From Azolla caroliniana (Eukaryota > Plantae > Polypodiophyta), in NCBI GenBank assembly GCA_043228905.1, contig JBHGNT010000004.1, forward strand, positions 18,786,001 through 18,850,000: DNA of 64,000 nucleotides, given 5' to 3'. The stretch's first letter is position 1. Each line of letters begins with the position of its first letter. Shown piece by piece: positions 60,716 through 64,000 of the stretch. Below the pieces are notes generated by a model that worked only from the letters and a program-made list of their open reading frames with translations, was not told the DNA's origin and did no database searches. A program made the position numbers and the translations under genes.

Positions 60716-62149
60716 CTAATTTGATCCAAATTCTTCATTCCAGAGTTCAAATTTCCTCAACTGGTCCCTTGACACACTAGGTCTTACAACTTGCATAGCG
60801 AGCTGAAAGTCTGAATACTTCAAAGAGCGAATCTGGTATGCTTTCACGGTGTTGACTCTCATTCCAAGTTCACGTATCGGGAACATGGCTGCCTCTTGGC
60901 ATAAAGCATGGAGATCACTACAAGAATACCCATCAGTATCACAGGAAATCCGATGTATGTCTGAGCTTGGCACAGCATATGCACCACCCATTAAAAGTTT
61001 ATTAAGGAGAGCCTTCCTAGTAATCATGTCTGGTAAAGGGACGTATATTCTCTTAACAAAACGCCTTCTCACTGCATCATCAATCTCTTCTGGCCTATTT
61101 GTCGCTCCCATGACAACCACTCGATCCTCACCATTTGAAATCACGCCATCAAACTGTACTAGAAACTCTGATTTCAACCGACGGCTTGCTTCATGTTCAT
61201 TTGCATTTCTACTTGATAGAAGACTGTCCATCTCATCAATGAAGATCACAGAAGGTTGTCTTGCCTTCGCAATAGCAAAGAGTGCTCTCATCATCTTCTC
61301 TCCCTCCCCAACCCATTTTGATGTCAACGATGAAGCACTGATATTGAAAAATGTTGCTAAGGACTCAGAAGCAACAGCCTTTGCCAGCATTGTCTTCCCA
61401 TTTCCAGGTGGACCGAAAAGTAGCAATCCTCGTGCAGGTTTTCTTAAACCAGTGAAAAGATCACTCCTTTTCATGGGTAAAATGACCATCTCCAATAGGG
61501 TTTGTTTTGCCTTCTCAAGATCAGCTATGGATTCCCATGTGACAGTTGGCGTCTTGTCCAGAATTTCATTCTCAATTAGGCTGGCTAGCTTAGAGTCAAC
61601 ACCCTTTGGAACCAAAGATCCAGTCCTTGGAGATCTACTACTTGGACCAGAAGCGATGGTTGTGTCTGGGATGCTCAACTTTTGTACAACATTTCTTCTT
61701 GCTAGCATAGGTGCCTTCACCTTAACATTTCTCTCACAGAAGCTTTGGCTTCCACTCATCAACCCTTTTGCTTTAGGACCCATGCGACGAGATAAAACTT
61801 GTACTCTTTCATTTACCTCATCTTGCCACTTGAGCATTTTCTCTACATGGATGCTTACAGTACTTGAATCCTGAAAATGTGGTGTATCCGATGCCGATAT
61901 ACCCTCTATAAGTATTGTCTGTGCAGCTCGATAATGCTTCATAGCCTCAGCTACACAATCTTCCTCTTCTGCACGTAACGCTTTATCGATCTCTCCCTTT
62001 GCAAGGCTGAAATACCCCTTGAGTTTCGCATCCAATGCTAGCTGTTTTCTTTGATTTTCTCTATTTCTTGGAGGTGACTCCTCTTCAAGAAGGTTGTCAG
62101 ATTGTAGAGGAGATCGTATTAAAGAGGATAATTTCTGCAGTGCCCACAT
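60716..62149 (-). CDS. Spastin-like MIT + AAA ATPase, intronless, 477 aa
   Basis: MIT-like LKGYFSLAKGEIDKALRAEE; Walker A GPPGNGKT; pore loop SKWVGEGEK; Walker B IFIDE; SRH ATNRP..ID.A..RRF; Vps4_C-type end RPSVS...WNEEFGS. Confidence 0.93.
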   Translation of the reverse strand: MWALQKLSSLIRSPLQSDNLLEEESPPRNRENQRKQLALDAKLKGYFSLAKGEIDKALRAEEEDCVAEAMKHYRAAQTILIEGISASDTPHFQDSSTVSIHVEKMLKWQDEVNERVQVLSRRMGPKAKGLMSGSQSFCERNVKVKAPMLARRNVVQKLSIPDTTIASGPSSRSPRTGSLVPKGVDSKLASLIENEILDKTPTVTWESIADLEKAKQTLLEMVILPMKRSDLFTGLRKPARGLLLFGPPGNGKTMLAKAVASESLATFFNISASSLTSKWVGEGEKMMRALFAIAKARQPSVIFIDEMDSLLSSRNANEHEASRRLKSEFLVQFDGVISNGEDRVVVMGATNRPEEIDDAVRRRFVKRIYVPLPDMITRKALLNKLLMGGAYAVPSSDIHRISCDTDGYSCSDLHALCQEAAMFPIRELGMRVNTVKAYQIRSLKYSDFQLAMQVVRPSVSRDQLRKFELWNEEFGSN

Positions 62150-62828
62150 TGAGAGTCCAGCTATTTAATCTTGGAAGTGCACATTATTTGCGTCAAATCT
62201 GGTGGCTTGTCACCTAAGCCTAATGACACTATTATTTATTAGAATGCTTTTCCAAACAATAAAACTAGAAATTAGTTGATGGATTTTACACATAAATTTT
62301 GATAGGATTCTTTTATATTGTCACCATTAAGATGGAAATTTTCAGAAACATTGAGATGACAAGAAGCCTGATAGATGATTGAGAGTTTAACGAACTTAAT
62401 TTAAATAGCTTTTTGCTTCATTGCTGAAAAATACACAGCAACAAAAAATTATTATTGCAAAGTATCAATTGAAGAGAAGCAATAAAATGTGACTTCTGTT
62501 GTGTAGTAAACTGCAAATTGACAAAATCAGAAAATAACAATGTCATAGAAGAACTTTGTGTCCCACTTATACCTAATTGTTATATATATCTACATCACAA
62601 CCAGCTTTGGCTATTTCTATGACCTATTTCCAGACATTACCTCATTTATAAGTTCTTGACAAGGATGATTCCTGTACGATAGCATATTTCGTATCAACAA
62701 TTTTGAACAAGCTAACAAGAAGTTTGAAAGGACTACATATTCTGCTCACAACAAACTAATTTTCTGATGGTATTCTGATAACCAAAATTCCCAATACCTT
62801 TATCGTAAAATATTTGCACCCCCAATAA

Positions 62829-62950
62829 TTGCATCCGAGACATGTTAACATCATCTCTTTCTCCTATCTTTCTGCCATTGCATCCGAGACATCTTAACAT
62901 CATCTCTTTCTCCTATCTTTCTTCCTTTGCATCCAAGACATGTTAACATG
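62829..62950. repeat. ~49-bp tandem repeat, about 2.5 copies
   Basis: TTGCATCC(G/A)AGACAT(G/C)TTAACAT recurs three times. Confidence 0.75.
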
Positions 62951-63382
62951 ATCTCAACTCCTCCTCTCCCAACTTCACCATCATCACCTAATCATCATCC
63001 ATCATCTTCTTTTCTTTCTTCCATTTTTGTCCTTGGTCTTGTTTTACCTTTCTGTCTCTGTTTCCATGACATGTCCACATGTCCCCCTATCTCTCTGCAG
63101 CTCAGTCATCATAATTGGCATTTTATCCTTACTCATTTCTTTCCCCTTTTTCATTTTCTTTCTCTCTTTGACTCTATCATCATCTTCTTCTTCTTGTTTT
63201 CATGTATCCTTTTGCCTTCTACCACCATCATCTTCTTCTTTTTCTTCTTCTTCTTATGTATCTTTCCGTTTCCAATATGTCTTTGCGTGTTTTCCTTCAC
63301 AATATCATGATGACCATCATCATTTTATTCTTCTTCTTTGGATATACATTTCTGTCTTTCCCTCCATGTGGCAGAAATAGCA

Positions 63383-63385
<3 letters not shown>

Positions 63386-63437
<52 letters not shown>
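63386..63437. repeat. (TG)n microsatellite
   Basis: Directly visible. A similar (CA)n run lies at 13150-13196. Confidence 0.95.
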
Positions 63438-63438
<1 letters not shown>

Positions 63439-64000
63439 ACATGCGCAGAAAACAGAGCATCGGATGCATCAATGAATTCTTACTCAAAGAGTTGAAACGC
63501 GAACAGAGTACGCTGCTGCTTGGCGATGGCAAAAATCTGTGCCTCTCTCATCCTCTGTTTCAATCCCAGTTGATTGTGTTCGCGCTATAACCCTGCATCC
63601 AATCAACTCACTAATCGACTTGTGACACACTAATCGCACATGGATCAATGTTAATCACAAAATTATTAGCGCTAATCTAAAAGGAATTACTGCTAATTCT
63701 CTCTAACATGGAAGAGGGGAGAGGGAGCACGAATTCTATCAACACTAAGGGCTTTCTAGGAATTTTAAGAAAATGTTGGGTATTTTGCTAGATTCCCATT
63801 TTTCCATATGAATGAACACTTGATAGAGTTTACATTGGAGGTAAGCCATAACACATATTATTCAGATGAATGAAGTGTTGCAAGTCTTCTTACGTTAGGA
63901 GACTATCTTTGAAGTTGAACACATTCAATTGGCTGTGGAATTTTGGGCCATTACATGGGTTAGAGAGTTATTGGTGTATTTCTTATGTTGGAAGGCTTTG

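Noticed and set aside
60849-61874. 341-aa plus-strand ORF
   Set aside because: Antisense shadow of the spastin-like CDS; no independent motifs.

Overview
Eukaryotic plant DNA, probably a fern or other non-seed land plant (inference from the TE lineages present). About 50 kb is a pile of nested transposons: four Ty1/copia elements, four Ty3/gypsy elements or remnants, a gag-only LTR element, a solo LTR and two different Sola-type DDD transposase remnants. The pile sits in a tandem cluster of secreted LRR genes (one intact, two pseudogenes). Further right are a PI4K-gamma pseudogene, the last two exons of an RPL30 copy and an intronless spastin-like gene. The most striking item is at 16.1-22.2 kb: a Sola1/DUF7869-like transposase head-to-head with a five-exon gene whose spliced product fuses a ParB/Srx-like domain to a bacterial/phage-type beta-class N6-adenine/N4-cytosine DNA methyltransferase (LLIADIPYG). 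This copy is decayed and truncated. Also notable: two independent gypsy-type insertions with the same 4-bp ACGT target duplication, and a Sola2 remnant next to an FCP1/NIF-like gene and a 1.27-kb AGCTAATTAGCT palindrome array. All family calls come from motif recognition by eye; no database searches were run.
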